A DNA stretch of 64,000 nt. It comes from Cirrosporium novae-zelandiae. Its lineage: Eukaryota. Made by a program: the position numbers and the translations under genes. Below, piece after piece: positions 13,072 to 26,573 of the stretch. The stretch is taken from positions 496,001 through 560,000 of the forward strand of contig JAPETS010000015.1 in NCBI GenBank assembly GCA_026023565.1, in the 5' to 3' direction. Under the pieces are notes generated by a model. That model was not told the DNA's origin and did no database searches. It saw nothing but the letters and a program-made list of their open reading frames with translations. Every line of letters starts with the position of its first letter. Position 1 is the first letter of the stretch.

Positions 13072-16000
13072 ATGGATGCATTGTCCCGGCTGTATGCTTC
13101 CCTGAATTACAGGTACTAGGTTTTTGAGCTGACTTTCAACAGGCTTCACACAAAGGCCAAGAATGTAAAGCCTCAAGGTCCGTCTAAACCATCAAGCCAT
13201 TGGATTGCTGTGCTCCGTCCGCACAAAACCCCAGACGATGAATTGGCTGAGCTTGATTTCGTCTGGGTCAAATGCAGAAAGACAACTACCATTGGACAGA
13301 TTCTGCCAGCTTGCCATGGACATATCTTTGGCCACGACAGCTCGCAAACCGAACCGAAGGAGAATGATATTGTTTTAATAATGGGACCGCAAGTTCTTGG
13401 CGACACTTGCCAAGTACAAAATCTGGATGACAACTTTGAGGGCGATCAGCTTCATGCAATTGAGGCCATTTATACGAAGGACTTGGGCTCAAGACAATAT
13501 GCTCATATGAACCGCATGCCTCTTATTGAAACAACCACACAATTTCAGGGCCTAAGGCAGCACGGAGGTGACCTTTTGACAAGGATATCGACTACCAAGA
13601 GTCCGTTTCTGTCACGCCCATCATTCGGAAACTTTATGAAAGATGAGGGCTCTCAAGAGAATAGAAATCTTATTCGGTATTCATCGCCTAGTATAACAGC
13701 TACTCTACCATTAAAGAAGGAACTGTCTACTGAAGACATAAAAATCCCTAGAAACACTTACAATGAAGGAGCTTCAACTAATGAAGGCGACTACAGCAGT
13801 TTTGTTTCCCCTTTGCATAGCCAACCCCCTTCTTACCAATCATCTTATGGCAATCCTTCTTTATGTAGAGGCTCCTCTTCAGAGTATCAGGCGCAACAAG
13901 GTATACGCACACTTGAACGACGTTCTAACAATCAAGTGCTCGATAATAATATCAAATTTGAGAACGATACTAAAAACACTATCCAGGCTACTGCCCATAT
14001 GTCTCAACCAGTTTCTAGGTCCACCAACCTGCAACTGAGCAGTCTGTTTGCGGATGCCACTCCTGAAGGCTTAGAAGCGGGTCTTGAAAAAGGCTTACTA
14101 CTTCTTGAGACGTTGAGAGGGCCATTGTCTGAAAAGGCCGTGGAGAGTCCTGATGCCGCACAGTGGGTTGAACAAATCGACCGACTCAAAAAACAAACCG
14201 TAAAAACAAGAACAATTATTGGCGTGGTTGGAAACACCGGAGCTGGAAAGTCTTCCGTCATTAATGCTATGCTCGATGAAGAGCGGCTAGTCCCTACCAA
14301 CTGCATGCGTGCATGTACAGCTGTTGTTACGGAAATTTCCTATAATGATAGGAATATACCCTACCGCGCCGAGATTGAATTCATCCAAGAGGCAGATTGG
14401 AGAAGAGAGTTGGAGATAATCTACAGTGATCTAGTCGATTCGTCTGGTCATATATCAAGAGATTGTACAGATGAAAATACAGATGCTGGAGTCGCGTACG
14501 CCAAGATTAAAGCGGTATATCCAAAGAAAACAAAGGATATGATCCTTGAGACTAGTATTGACGAAATGATGCGTGAAGTCTCACACGTGTTGGGACAGAC
14601 CAGGGATTTCGAAGAAGAAGATCCTTCTCGATTTTATAAAAAGCTGCAAAATTATGTAGACAGTAAGGAGAAGTTAACAGGCACAGACCAGGAAAAGAAG
14701 AAGAGGATGAAAGAGGGGAGGACGATGGAGTTCTGGCCATTGATCAAATTTGTTCGGTAAGTCAGTTCTATGAGATGAATTGTTTTCCCGATCAACTCGG
14801 ATATAATCCGTTAAGCAGAGCTTGATTCCTCTACTTGGTTATATCTGAAGCAACCCGAAGGATTTATGCTGACATGTGTATTCTAGGTTGTATATAAAAT
14901 CGCCGGCCCTAGCTACAGGAGCTGTCATAGTTGATCTTCCCGGTGTTCATGACTCGAATGCAGCTCGCGCCCGAATTGCAGAAGGCTACATGAAGGCATG
15001 CAGTGGCCTTTTCATTGTCGCCCCGATTAATCGAGCCGTAGATGACAAGGCAGCTAAGAATCTCCTCGGCGAATCCTTTAAAAGGCAGTTGAAAATGGAT
15101 GGAGGTTTCAATACTGTGACCTTCATTTGTAGCAAGACTGATGATATCAGTCTTACAGAAGCTACCGATTCTTTGGGACTGGAAGATGAACTCGGGGACG
15201 ACTGGAAAAGATTGGATGGACTCGAAGATAAGAGAACGTGCCTTAAACAAGAACTCGATAAGAAGCAGAAATCAAAATCTGATATTTCTGATACTATGGG
15301 GACCATTGATGAGGAAAGCGATGATTGGGAAGATTTGAGGTCGAAAATAGGTGATAGCCAAACAGTCTATCCACCCAAGACAGGAGAACGTGAGAAGAAA
15401 CGCAAGAAGGTTGCCGAAAAGGCCAAATCTCACAAGAGACAGCGCCGTTCTAGTGATTCAGATGATGGTTATGATGACGACTTCATCGATGATGATTCTT
15501 CCAGCGAGAATGACAAACATTCCGATTTGGATGTCCAGGAAGATCGTGGCCCTCCGTTAACAGAAGATGAAATTGATGCCAAGCTTTCGGAGCTACGTGC
15601 AATGAAGAAAAGTTTACGTAGCCAAAGGCAAGATCTTATCGGTGAAATCAACGATTTGAGAAAGCAACTCAAGGAGGTTGAAAAGAACGCAAAAGCTATC
15701 GAGGATAATATCCAACGGAGATGTATCGCCGGCCGCAATGACTATTCTCGAGGAGCTATAAAACAGGACTTTGCAGCGGGCATAAAAGAACTGGATCAGG
15801 AAATTGCCAATGAAGAAGACGAGGCAAACTTCAATCCAGATGAAGAGCTTCGCGACTATGACGAGGTCGCGAAATCTCTAGCCGTGTATTGCGTTTCTAG
15901 CAGGGCTTACCAAAAGCTTCAGGGACGTTTTCAAAAAGATAAAGATGTTCCAGGATTCCAATCCCTCGAGGAAACAGAAATTCCCCAGCTGCAGGCTCAC

Positions 16001-18038
16001 TGCAAGAAGCTAACTGAAACTGGTCGTATTAGCAACTGCCGACGCTTCTTGAATAGTCTGTCTCAACTTCTTAACTCAATGCGCCTCTGGGCAGATAATG
16101 ATGGAACGGGTGTGCATATGACGGCAGAGCAAAAATCCAAAGAAGCGAAAATGCTTCAAGCAGGCCTGAGGAAGCTGGAAGATGTAAGGTCTCTTTCTTA
16201 ATAGTATGACCCCTTCTGGTAGCGGGTGGGAGCTAGTCATGAGTTTTTGCGTGTCTGGGCAAGAGAACGGTGGAGTGTGTTCTATTGTGTTATTTTAGTC
16301 TTATGACAGCATGCATGATTTGAAGAATCTATAGGCTAAGTTATTCGCACAGGAACTCAATAATTTAGTTCGAAAAATATGTGATGACCTCATGGGAGCC
16401 CTAGAAGATAACATCTTCGAGAAATTTGAGGTTGCGACCCAAAAGGCAATTGACGAATCCATCCCAACAGCGTTGAAGTGGGGGATGCCAGTGAATCGTG
16501 CTAATAGGTCGGCTGGTGGACTCTACTATGCAACTTACAAAGCCATCGTCCGTAGAGATGGGGTCTATTCGAATGCGCAGGGTCCCTTTGTAAGCCATTT
16601 AACTCCCCCTATGTTCTATCTTATGTCAATATAAACTGGCTAATTGACCTCCAGGATTGGAACCTTGCACTGACCGATCCGATGCTCAAACAAATCTCAA
16701 ATGGCTGGGAAAGAACATTCAGTCGACGGTGCCCCACAATCTTTTCCTTGTTTTCAAGTAATGCGGGACGGATACTGAAACATTTTCATGACTCTCTCGG
16801 AAAACAAGCAACGATGACCGAAAATGTGGTAACTGCCGAGAGGCTAGGTCATCAGATGTTGGCATATACGAATGTGTTTAAAGACATTGCGAATACGGAG
16901 AATACACGGATAACTACCTTGCAAAAGGAGATTAATAGAGAATTCACTCCTGTGATAACGGAGGCGATGGAGCCAGTATACGACATCTGCACGAGTGAGT
17001 CTGGTAAGTCATGTCTTGTTTGATACTTACTTCCATCACTAGTCATACACCACTTTGTGTAAAGTTCCCATTTCCATTTCCTTTCCTTTTCTTATATATG
17101 GCTTTAATCACCTAGAAGTCGAATAGACAACTGATCATTTGATAGGGCCGGGATCATATATGAGAATGAAAAATGCCATGGAGTTGCATATCAAGCAAGA
17201 ACGCAATTACATGTTTCGGCGAAGTACTGATAAAGTGAAAGCCAGATTGAAAACCTTGATTAGCCAAGCGAACAGTTCAATGACCGCCCATGCGAAGGCT
17301 ATATTTGCAGCTATTAGCAGAGATTACCAAAGTGCCTTTGGGAGTACAGGATGGCTTTCTCAGGGTGTTATCCCAGAATGGCAACAAGCTATGCGAAAGG
17401 CTGTAAGCGACATTATTGAAGACAGCGAAGCAACTTTCCGAGGTGCTGCGAGATTACATTCCAAGAGTGAGACCGCTAACCTGAAAGACTCGCCAAAGAA
17501 TGAGCAAAGTCCTGACATTGGAAATATAGAAGGGGAACCTGATGAGAAAGCCGCGAGGCCAAACATTAGCGCAGACAGTTCTTCTGTTCAACCCGAAACC
17601 ATCTTAGGGAAAGCAGTTGATGTAGATGAGAAGCAGGTCGAGCCAGATAACAATTCCCACGAGAAGGCGGTTAACCAAGAGGGTGTCGATAGTTACGATA
17701 ACAATGACCTGCATCACGCTAAGACTGATAACCTTTCTGATGGGCAGGATATTGTTATGGAGAATGTCCGTGCCACGTGGGCTGAGGCTGAAGAGGTAGC
17801 AACAGTAGTGAATGATGAGGACCAAAAAGACAGTGGCACCAGCAGTTCAGCAGTGGAAAATTCCTGTACACCCAAATGGGAATCACCATCACCATTACCA
17901 TCACAGTCGCCATCGCAATCGCCATCGCAATCGCAATCTCAGCTACAGCCACCATCACCATCGCTATCGCTATTATTTCCACGTACTCCAAGCCCATGGT
18001 TTTCTTCAAACCCTTCTTCGGTTCCGTCAGCTTCGTAG
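13072..18038 (+). CDS. Dynamin-superfamily P-loop GTPase, nuclear GTPase SLIP-GC (NUGGC)-like; exons 13072-13091, 13144-14757, 14887-16183, 16353-16590, 16655-17003, 17146-18038
   Basis: G1 IIGVVGNTGAGKSSVINAMLD, LVPTNCMRACTAVVTEISYN, G3 VIVDLPGVHDSNAAR and G4 FICSKTDDI; coiled-coil and acidic insert with basic NLS-like KKRKK; all five introns splice in frame. Confidence 0.85.
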
Positions 18039-19700
18039 GGTCGGTCATAGGCGGATTTAAGGTTGGTTGTTCCTGAGCGGAATATTGATTATCCTTATTT
18101 GACCCTCGATTTACCCAACCCCTCGTTGACCCCTCCTCGGATTACGAGAGCCGCAAGGTACTCCGACACTCCGACATCCCGAGACCTCAACAACAAAATC
18201 ATCAATGTACCTGTGTTGTCCGATATTAGAACATGAAATTTTGTATTTTAAGAAGCAGGCAATATTTTTTTTGTGGTATTTTTTTGGTTTTTCTTCTCCT
18301 TTTTGGATATGGCATAGGACATGGCATGGGCCCTGATATGAAAATATTGGTTTCATTGTGTATTTTAGTTTGAAAGTTAGTCGGTGCAGAATAACATGTT
18401 CGGGAATAGACTTGCCCGAATGAAGGTTGATTATGTGGAATGGCCGCCAAGGTAAATGCGGAGGCTGGAGGGGTGGCAGGTCTGATATGACGGATCACGG
18501 GCACAGGGTACAGTTGGACTTGTTAAAAGTTTTAGTTGGGAGTTAAGTTATTCTAAAATAATGGGATGCGCATTACATACATCTAATAACATCTAATAGC
18601 CTTAGCATTTGCGCTGGCTTTGCTTCGGACAAAATTTTTTGTTTGGCCTAAAGAGAAAGTTCAATGATTCGGTAATTATGTAGCATTCGCCCTCAAAGAC
18701 CCTAGGCAAGCTCCGCTATCAATCTGAAAGCGCCGATAGTGACATAGCGAGCGAAGAGCTAGCTGCCAGGGACCTTAGGGACCTTGCTACTACAGAAGAG
18801 GGGACCTTGAGGACCACGGGACAAAAGATCAGTAATTCGAACAACAAACGACTCCAGGAAATATGGCCAACTCAAGGCAGAGGAGGTCGTGTTAAAAGCT
18901 GCAGTATTTCTATCCCGTTTAGATGCTAGTTAATAGTGCGTTTTCCTGGTAAAGGACATTTAGATGACCTAACTCACCTTTGGCGGAAGATCAATTGCCT
19001 GGTGATGAACCACCACTAAAAGAGCGGTCACGGTGGGGAAAACGCTGCCCGAACACTCTGCAAGTTACATGGCATCCTCTCTACCTACCACACAACAGCC
19101 CTCATTTTGTACAATACCTACTTAGATTTCCATCCTCTTCTCTCCCAAAACAATCTTCTTTAAGTAACCAACCCATCGTTTCCGCTCTGCCAGAAGAAGA
19201 AGTCGTCCTGAGACTTCTCTTGCTGTTGTATTTCTACCGATCGACCGGACATGCGATAGGAACGAACAAGTGGAGAGAGCGTGAGAGAGCGAGCGAGCGA
19301 GAGAGAGAGCAGGGATATCCATCGTTCGAGGATTGCTGCAGTACTGCGTGCGGGCTGCCCACCTTTTTAATTCAAATTCACATTGTACATCCCAAATCAA
19401 ATCTTTTTCAATTGCCATTGTCTCAAGGTGAGCGGCATTCACTGTCTTGGTCTGCAATTGAGTGACAATCCTATTGTTGGTCAAAATCTCATTACTGATA
19501 TCGAAACTCGCATCAGGTTCGACCCCTCCATTCAACAACTGACTCTACCTTTCCTATCCTCCACTATCCTCCATCATTCACTCCTACCCACCTTACGAAT
19601 ACCCATTCCAGATTCCTTCGATTCACTATTTTATTCCTCGACTGATATCCTTTCCATCTCATAAATAGCGCGCTCAAATTGAGCTCAACCCCTCAACTTT

Positions 19701-22700
19701 ATGGCTTTCCACAACGGCCTCGGGGGACCTTTCGACGACCTCCGTTCACGACATTCTCATACCAACTCAACTGATTATTCCACCTTCACACGTACTTCTT
19801 TCGCATCTCCTCCTCAGGCGAGAGCTACCCTCCCTCGACGATTCACCACCGACTTAAGCAAAGATCATAACTTTGCAAATCTCAGTGCTCATTTCGGTCA
19901 ACCACAGCAAGTGTCTGATCGCACCGAGACTTCCAACCCAGTAAGTAAATCTTCCGTTCTTCTACATCAACCCCTCCTTTCTTCCTTTCTGACTAAATCA
20001 CTAATTTTCTACAGGCTTTACATATGCAAATGGTAAGCTTCGTTCCTCATGTTAAGCTTCTTTTGTCCTCGCACCCGTCTTTCCTTATAGAAAGTAATCT
20101 TGCTCACATCGGATTCTTCGTTACGACACATTCTTCTCACAATCATTTGGCCCGTTCCTATTGGATTTTATTCCTCTATTCTACACCTATGAAACAAGCT
20201 AACTACTTCTAGAACGAGAGACAAATTATCGAGTATCAGTTGTTATCTGAACACAGGAAGAAGTTTGATGCAGAGTTAAAGATGCTAGAGCTAAAAGCAG
20301 AAAAAGAGAAGCGAGAAATTGAGCGGATGGCAAGAGAAATGACAACAGATTTTGGTCAGATGACGATGGGAGCTGTCAGCGAGCCTACAACTCCTCCAGA
20401 ATATCGTGAGAGCGGCTTTCCGTCATTCTTCTCTCGACCAGCTAGATTTCCTGCCTCCAGCTTAACATCACCACCAGGCCTTCAGAATCGCCTCAATCGT
20501 TCTGGGTCTCAAATCACATCTCCGGGTGCAGAATGGGCTCATCCTATTCAGTCATTCAGCAAACCACCTGCCAAGTCTGTACCAGGCTCACGACGCAATT
20601 CCGGTGAGGGTGAGGAGGATCCTGAATTTCAAGAATCACTTCCACATCAATCTCGTTCTACTAATGCGTAAGTTATTCCTTCCATTCATATCTGCACCCC
20701 TACTAACATTATCTAGTCTGAACCGCTATTCCATGCCAGCTACTGGGTTTAGCTCCCAGAATCGTGATCCCGAGAGCCTAGGTCATATCAACACAACCGG
20801 CTTCCTCTTCGATGATGAAGATGAATCTGAGGTTAAGAAAAATGCCAACAGGAATGTCAATAGCTACTTGCAAATGAATTCTACCGACGATAAATTCCCA
20901 ATTCTCGTGCGTAGGAATGATCATCCAGGATTTGTGAGCATTATTTTTTCTCCTCATATGTTCGTCTTGCTAATCCATGCAGCTTTCCGCTTCTTCGGCT
21001 GCCCTTGATCTTGCTCTATCGCAATCGCCTGGGCCGGAACAGGAGACCCATAATAACGAGATGTGGTCGTCGTTTGCTCGGAACCGTCTGTCTCTGCAAA
21101 GCTTGCCACAGCATTCAACCGACCAACTGAACAATCTCTTAAACAACAGTCCTTCAACACGTCAAAACAACCGGCATTCTTTAGATGTAAAACTCGGCTC
21201 TATTGGAGAGAATCGAAAGCAGAATCCCATATCTTCCCCTCCTAGTTCCCGCCCCACTAGCCTACAACCCTCCTACTCAACAAACGATATTCCAACAATG
21301 AAGAATGGAAACTTTGGAGCTATTACTCCACCAAGAACTCATGCTGAACAATTTTTCCACAACCACAATGCCAGCATTGGCCGTATTCCTCCCAACGCGA
21401 TAAACCGTCGCAGCAGGGATCTTTCTGTTGGTGAACAGAAACCCGAAGAAGCAATGAATGCACTTCAGTCTACTCTCCAGGCTAGTGCTGCGCCATTCGG
21501 ACCTTCGATTTCCTCTACCTCGTCAGCTGGAAGTGCCTCCAGTGGTACTACCACACCAACCCCTGTCACTTCGCCATTTTCGGGAACTGGAGGACAGTAT
21601 GGGGGATATGGAATGATGAACCTCGGGATGACTTCTATGCAAATTGCTAACCCTCTACAAATGAATAACCCAATTCAGCAGCCACTCCAGATGCAAAACC
21701 CCCTTGCCCCCTACCAAGGATATCAGGTTGGTCGTTTCCAGGATAGCCAATCCCGAGTAGTCCATCAACGGCGCACACAGAATACAGATGACTCGGCTCG
21801 TTTCGCGAACGTTCAAATCGAAAGTCTTCGTCAGGAAATCTATTCACTCTGCAAAGATCAACACGGATGTCGGTATTTGCAAAAAAAATTAGAAGAACGT
21901 GACCCAACCAGTGTACAGCTCATCTTTGAAGAAACAAGTCCACATGTTGTTGAACTCATGACAGATCCATTCGGCAATTATCTCTGTCAAAAACTACTGG
22001 AATTCGCAAACGATGAGCAACGTACTGTCCTTATCAATAATGCCGCCCCCCAGATGGTTAAGATCGCTCTCAACCAACATGGCACAAGGGCTCTTCAAAA
22101 AATGATTGAATTTGTTACAACTCGGGAACAGATTCAGACCATGATACTGGCATTACGCGATCGAGTTGTGGAGCTTGTCCAAGATTTGAACGGCAATCAT
22201 GTGATCCAGAAATGTCTTACTCGGCTTTCGTCTGAAGACTCTCAATTCATCTACGAAGCCGTCGGTGCGAACTGTGTCGCTGTTGGCACTCACCGTCATG
22301 GCTGTTGTGTTTTGCAACGCTGCATTGATCACGCCTCAGCTCCCCAGAAAGCTCAGCTTATTGGACAAATTACCAACAACGCTCACGCTCTTGTTCGAGA
22401 TCCTTTTGGCAACTATGTCGTCCAGTATATCCTCGACCTTAGCGAGCCAGCCTTCACTGAGCCATTATGTCAAAGTTTCAGTGGCAGTGTTCCTGCATTG
22501 TCGAAACAGAAGTTCAGCTCGAATGTGATTGAGAAATGTCTTCGTGTTGCGGATCAAAGTGGGCGTCGTATGATTATTGACGAGATTTTGGGTGGTAATG
22601 AACTGGAAAGGATGTTACGCGATTCGTTCGCAAATTACGTTGTTCAGACCGCTCTCGAATACGCAGATCCAGAAGTGAAGACTCGTATGGTAGATGCGAT

Positions 22701-23067
22701 TCGTCCCCTTTTACCATCCATTCGCCATACGCCACATGGTCGTCGTATTTCAACAAAACTCATGGGTGTCGATCAAGCTAGGGTCAACGGCGGCACTGCC
22801 TCAAATGATGTGTCTCCTCCACCTCAGATGCCTATGACAAGGCAGATGCCACCGACTACTCATTTCCAGATGCCCGAGCAGAATGGAATGAAAGCATTGG
22901 GGCAAATGAACTACTTTGGGCAAGGCTACAACTATGAACTTCCTTCCAATGGATTTTTGCCAGATGGCGGTATGAACCAATCCCAACCCGATGGCATGGC
23001 TGCGAATTTCTCATCTTTTCCGACTTATGTTCAACCTTCCCGAGCTCGCAGCTTCAATTATTTCTGA
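19701..23067 (+). CDS. Pumilio/PUF RNA-binding protein (Puf4/Mpt5-like); exons 19701-19940, 20014-20031, 20213-20667, 20717-20933, 20983-23067
   Basis: Eight Puf repeats (LCKDQHGCRYLQKKLE, MTDPFGNYLCQKLLE, LNQHGTRALQKMIE, QDLNGNHVIQKCL, THRHGCCVLQRCID, DPFGNYVVQY, QKFSSNVIEKCL, DSFANYVVQTAL) and an N-terminal SEPTTPPEY motif. Confidence 0.92.
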
Positions 23068-24073
23068 TTCGCAACGTGTACGATATCCGAGGACACTTGT
23101 TTCAACGATAAGATGATATCACGAATCGACGGCTTTCAATACATGTGACAATCATAAGTCTGCTAGATATTCTTGCGATTTTGGATGACGAAGGCTTGCC
23201 ACGGAGCTTTGGATGGGATGCTTTGTTACATTTAGCATCATGATCGCGACTTTCATATATTGCCTTTGTTCTTACAATGCTTTATCGTGATAGGGGTTTT
23301 TCCTTCTTCTTTTCTTCGATCTCCACGAACAGGATTTATTTCTGGGTCTCATTGGATGACGGTAGTGTTTTATGCACTCTTCACAACCTCTGAACACCGA
23401 GAATGATGCTTTTGCACATTGGTGAAGTCCATGATGCAAAAACGGAGGCTTTCTTGGTTGTTTTTTATTGGGATCCTTGTGGTCGATGCTTTCGCTTGTA
23501 TACAGCATTGCACATCAGCAACTTCATACTCTCTTGATGTACCATTGCTTGGACAGCGAAGTTCTTTAGAGCCGGTTTGCATCTGTGCCACATTCATTAT
23601 GAACAAACTTCGCTTCTATCTGTCTGCTTTGGATTGTGCTTTGAGCCTACTTTTGACTCGTTCATTCGTTATCTCCCCGTGCTTCGAACAGCGGAATGCA
23701 CGACTTGTATCTTTATCTTACCTTCTCGCCGGATGCATCTAGATCCACGGCTTGAGACACCCTTGGCAATAGGCCTTGACCCTTGGCGCGAAGCCTTGAC
23801 CATTAGCAATAGCTAGATCTTCAATGAATGAACAATATTGAACATAATGCCTAGTTGGGGGTTGGGAGATAACACTATGACTTGTGAAACAGGAAAGTTT
23901 TATCAAATAGGATAGTTATATTATAATGTTAATTTAGGATTAATCCTCGACTGTGCTTTAGTAATTAGTTATATTTTTAATTATTTGTTGAGTTGGTTCA
24001 TTCTTATGTTGGTCGGTGACAAGAACTTCCCTTCGGAGACATTCGAGACACCCAGAACCTATGACGGCTGATC

Positions 24074-25839
24074 ATGGGCCTCAAATTACCCAACGACCTC
24101 GTGCTCAATCCATTAAAAGAGCGGTTCCCAGGTCGAGAACTTCAAATACAACAGCTCGCATATCTCTTCAATGTAAGTTCACTCCCAATCAAATCTTCCA
24201 GCTGCCAGCGAACGTTAGCTAATATTATGTACTGGCCATAGCCTAACCTTCCCAGTCCTCCAACAACGGTTCTATATGGCCTAGAAGCTACGGGAAAAAG
24301 CATCATAGTGCGTGAAGTCCTCGAGACTATCCGCACGTGTCATGCCATCGTCAAGTCCCGGGAATGCATTACCGTTCGGCATTTACTCGAGAAGACCTTC
24401 ACATTAGCAAGGGAAGTTGTACGAGGCAATGACAATGGAAGATTGGGGAGATGCGACAGCGTCAGCGCACTTCTAGTGAACTTACAGGAACTCCTACGCG
24501 ATAAGCAGGACGAAAAGCTTGTGTTGGTCTTCGATGATGTGGATGGACAGAGGGACGCGCCTGGAACACTGCTACCAGGGCTGGCGCGGTTTGGAGAAAT
24601 AGTAGGGAGCATTCACCACTTCCTGCCTCGAGGCAATGCACAAGAGAATCATTCCTCGTTAACTCGTGCTTTATTAATACAGATTTCAAATCTCAGCGTC
24701 ATTCTCATCGTACAGAATCCGAGTTCTCGATTCCTCCACCTTACAGGTGTACCGCACATTTCCTTCCCTCCCTACACGCGCGTCGAATGCACGCGAATAC
24801 TCTCGCTCGACCCCCTTCGTCTCCCTTCATTACAAAAGCCGGATCATCAGGAAGAAGACACAACGAGCACGAGCTCAGCTGAGCCCATATCTACAATTAC
24901 GATATCATCGGAAGATGCGACATGGCTATGGTCACAATTCGTGGCTGCGGTATGGGATGCCCTAGCCAAAGACATCGCACGCGACCTCCTTAGCTTTCGC
25001 AGCCTCTGCGAAAGGCTATGGGCTCCATTCGCACAGCCTGTATTAGACGGTACACTAGGACCACGAGAATTCTCCAAACTACTAGTGAGAAATCGGTCTC
25101 TCTTCCAGGGCGAGGCGGCTTTGGTGGATAAGATCATACCCGCCACAGCCGGAGATGGACAGCGGAAAGGATATACGTCTACGGTTAAATGTAAGAGGGA
25201 ATTTTTTTTTTCAAATATGCCTTAAGAAAATCCCTTCTTAAAGTAACCAAACGACCCCCAACAAGACCCAACCAAAACTAACCAAACCATCCATCCATGA
25301 ATCCAGCCACGCACACGCTCCCATACTTCACGACGTACCTCCTCCTTTCCGCCTACCTAGCAAGCCACAACCCAGCCCGCACTGACGAACTCTACTTTGC
25401 CAAATACACGCACTCGCGCAAACGCCGTCGCCGCATGACCAACCCATCATCGACCCTCCGCAAGTCAAAAAAAACCACCGATCCCACCTCCAACCCCTCC
25501 GCAACCCCCACAAAACCTACCGCCCACATCCGCCACAAGCTTCTCGGGCCCCAACCGTTTCCCCTGGAGCGCATGCTCGCTATTTTCCGGGCCATTGTGC
25601 CGGATGATGATGGTGGTGATGATCATAATGGGAGGAGGGCAGGGAGGGGGGGCAAGGTGCCCCAGAGTGCGGATCTGCTGACACAGGTGGCCACGCTGGG
25701 AAGGCTGGGCCTGGTGGTTAGAACCGGGGGCGATCCCTTGGATCTGAGTGGTAAGTGGAGGGTTAACGTGGGGTGGGAGTATATTAGGACGGCGGCCAGG
25801 GGAGTGGGGTGCGAGATTGAGAATTGGGTTTTTGAGTAA
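24074..25839 (+). CDS. ORC5: Origin recognition complex subunit 5; exons about 24074-24172, 24242-24601, 24683-25190, 25306-25839
   Basis: ERFPGRELQIQQL, Walker A VLYGLEATGKS, LVLVFDDVD, ISFPPYTR, and C-terminal LPYFTTYLLLSAYLASHNPARTD..F, LLGPQPFPLERMLAIF and QVATL..LGLV. Confidence 0.9.
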
Positions 25840-25953
25840 TGCAGAGAGAAAGAGGAGGGGGGTGTTGCGGTTATGGGGATTGGAGCATGTTACTGTAATA
25901 CAATACGATATGATGGAAGGATGAGTGGATAGGGATGTTGTTACTTGCTACTA

Positions 25954-25981
25954 TGAGTGAGTGAGTGAGTGAGTGAGTGAG
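25954..25981. repeat. (TGAG)n microsatellite
   Basis: Seven TGAG units read directly; nearby (CAGA)n-like runs. Confidence 0.85.
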
Positions 25982-26529
25982 GCGAGGTGAAGCATAATAG
26001 ACATACAGACAGACAAACAGACAGATAAACATATAGACAAGACAACAAAGCGAAAGAGAGAAAAAACATCCTCCACCCATCAATCCATCCTATAATCAAT
26101 CATACACCCACTTACTTTCTACATTCACCATCACCTCGAATTATCCAGCCATATAGTACAGGACCAAAAAAACCCAGCGCGCGCATTCAAAAAAAAATCA
26201 GACCCGATTAGGAAACTCCACGCCTACAGTCAGTAGTCGCGTGCGTGCAACATGTTTTCATTCACTCCTCCTCTCCTTCCTCTTCTCTTTTCATCTTTTC
26301 CATCTCCAATTACCCACCCTTCCACCTTCCACCATCCGCAAAACCGATTCGTCCACACTCAATCAATCAATCCCATCAATTCCTCAATCCATCCATCCAC
26401 ACTTGTACAACCTTTGAAAGTTGGGGCATGATGAATGGTGGATTGGTTGGTTGGTCTGGTTGGTTCAGGCTACGGGATGGAACGGTCCGGCAACTGCAAC
26501 TGGCTGGGATCAACGAAGATGGCTGGCGT

Positions 26530-26573
26530 GTGTCTGGAATGTGTCTGGAATGTGTCTGGAATGTGTCTGGAAT
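26530..26573. repeat. 11-bp tandem repeat (GTGTCTGGAAT) x4
   Basis: Four exact copies read directly. Confidence 0.9.

Noticed and set aside
17755..18076. His-rich and (IA)n ORFs in alternative frames
   Set aside because: Alternative readings of the SPSQ-coding repeat in the GTPase tail.
19510..19532. GGTTCGACCC, resembling a tRNA T-loop
   Set aside because: Only about 3 bp of T-stem; no acceptor, D or anticodon arms.
26530..26573. Direct repeats considered as CRISPR-like
   Set aside because: No spacers, 11-bp unit, eukaryotic context; a plain minisatellite.
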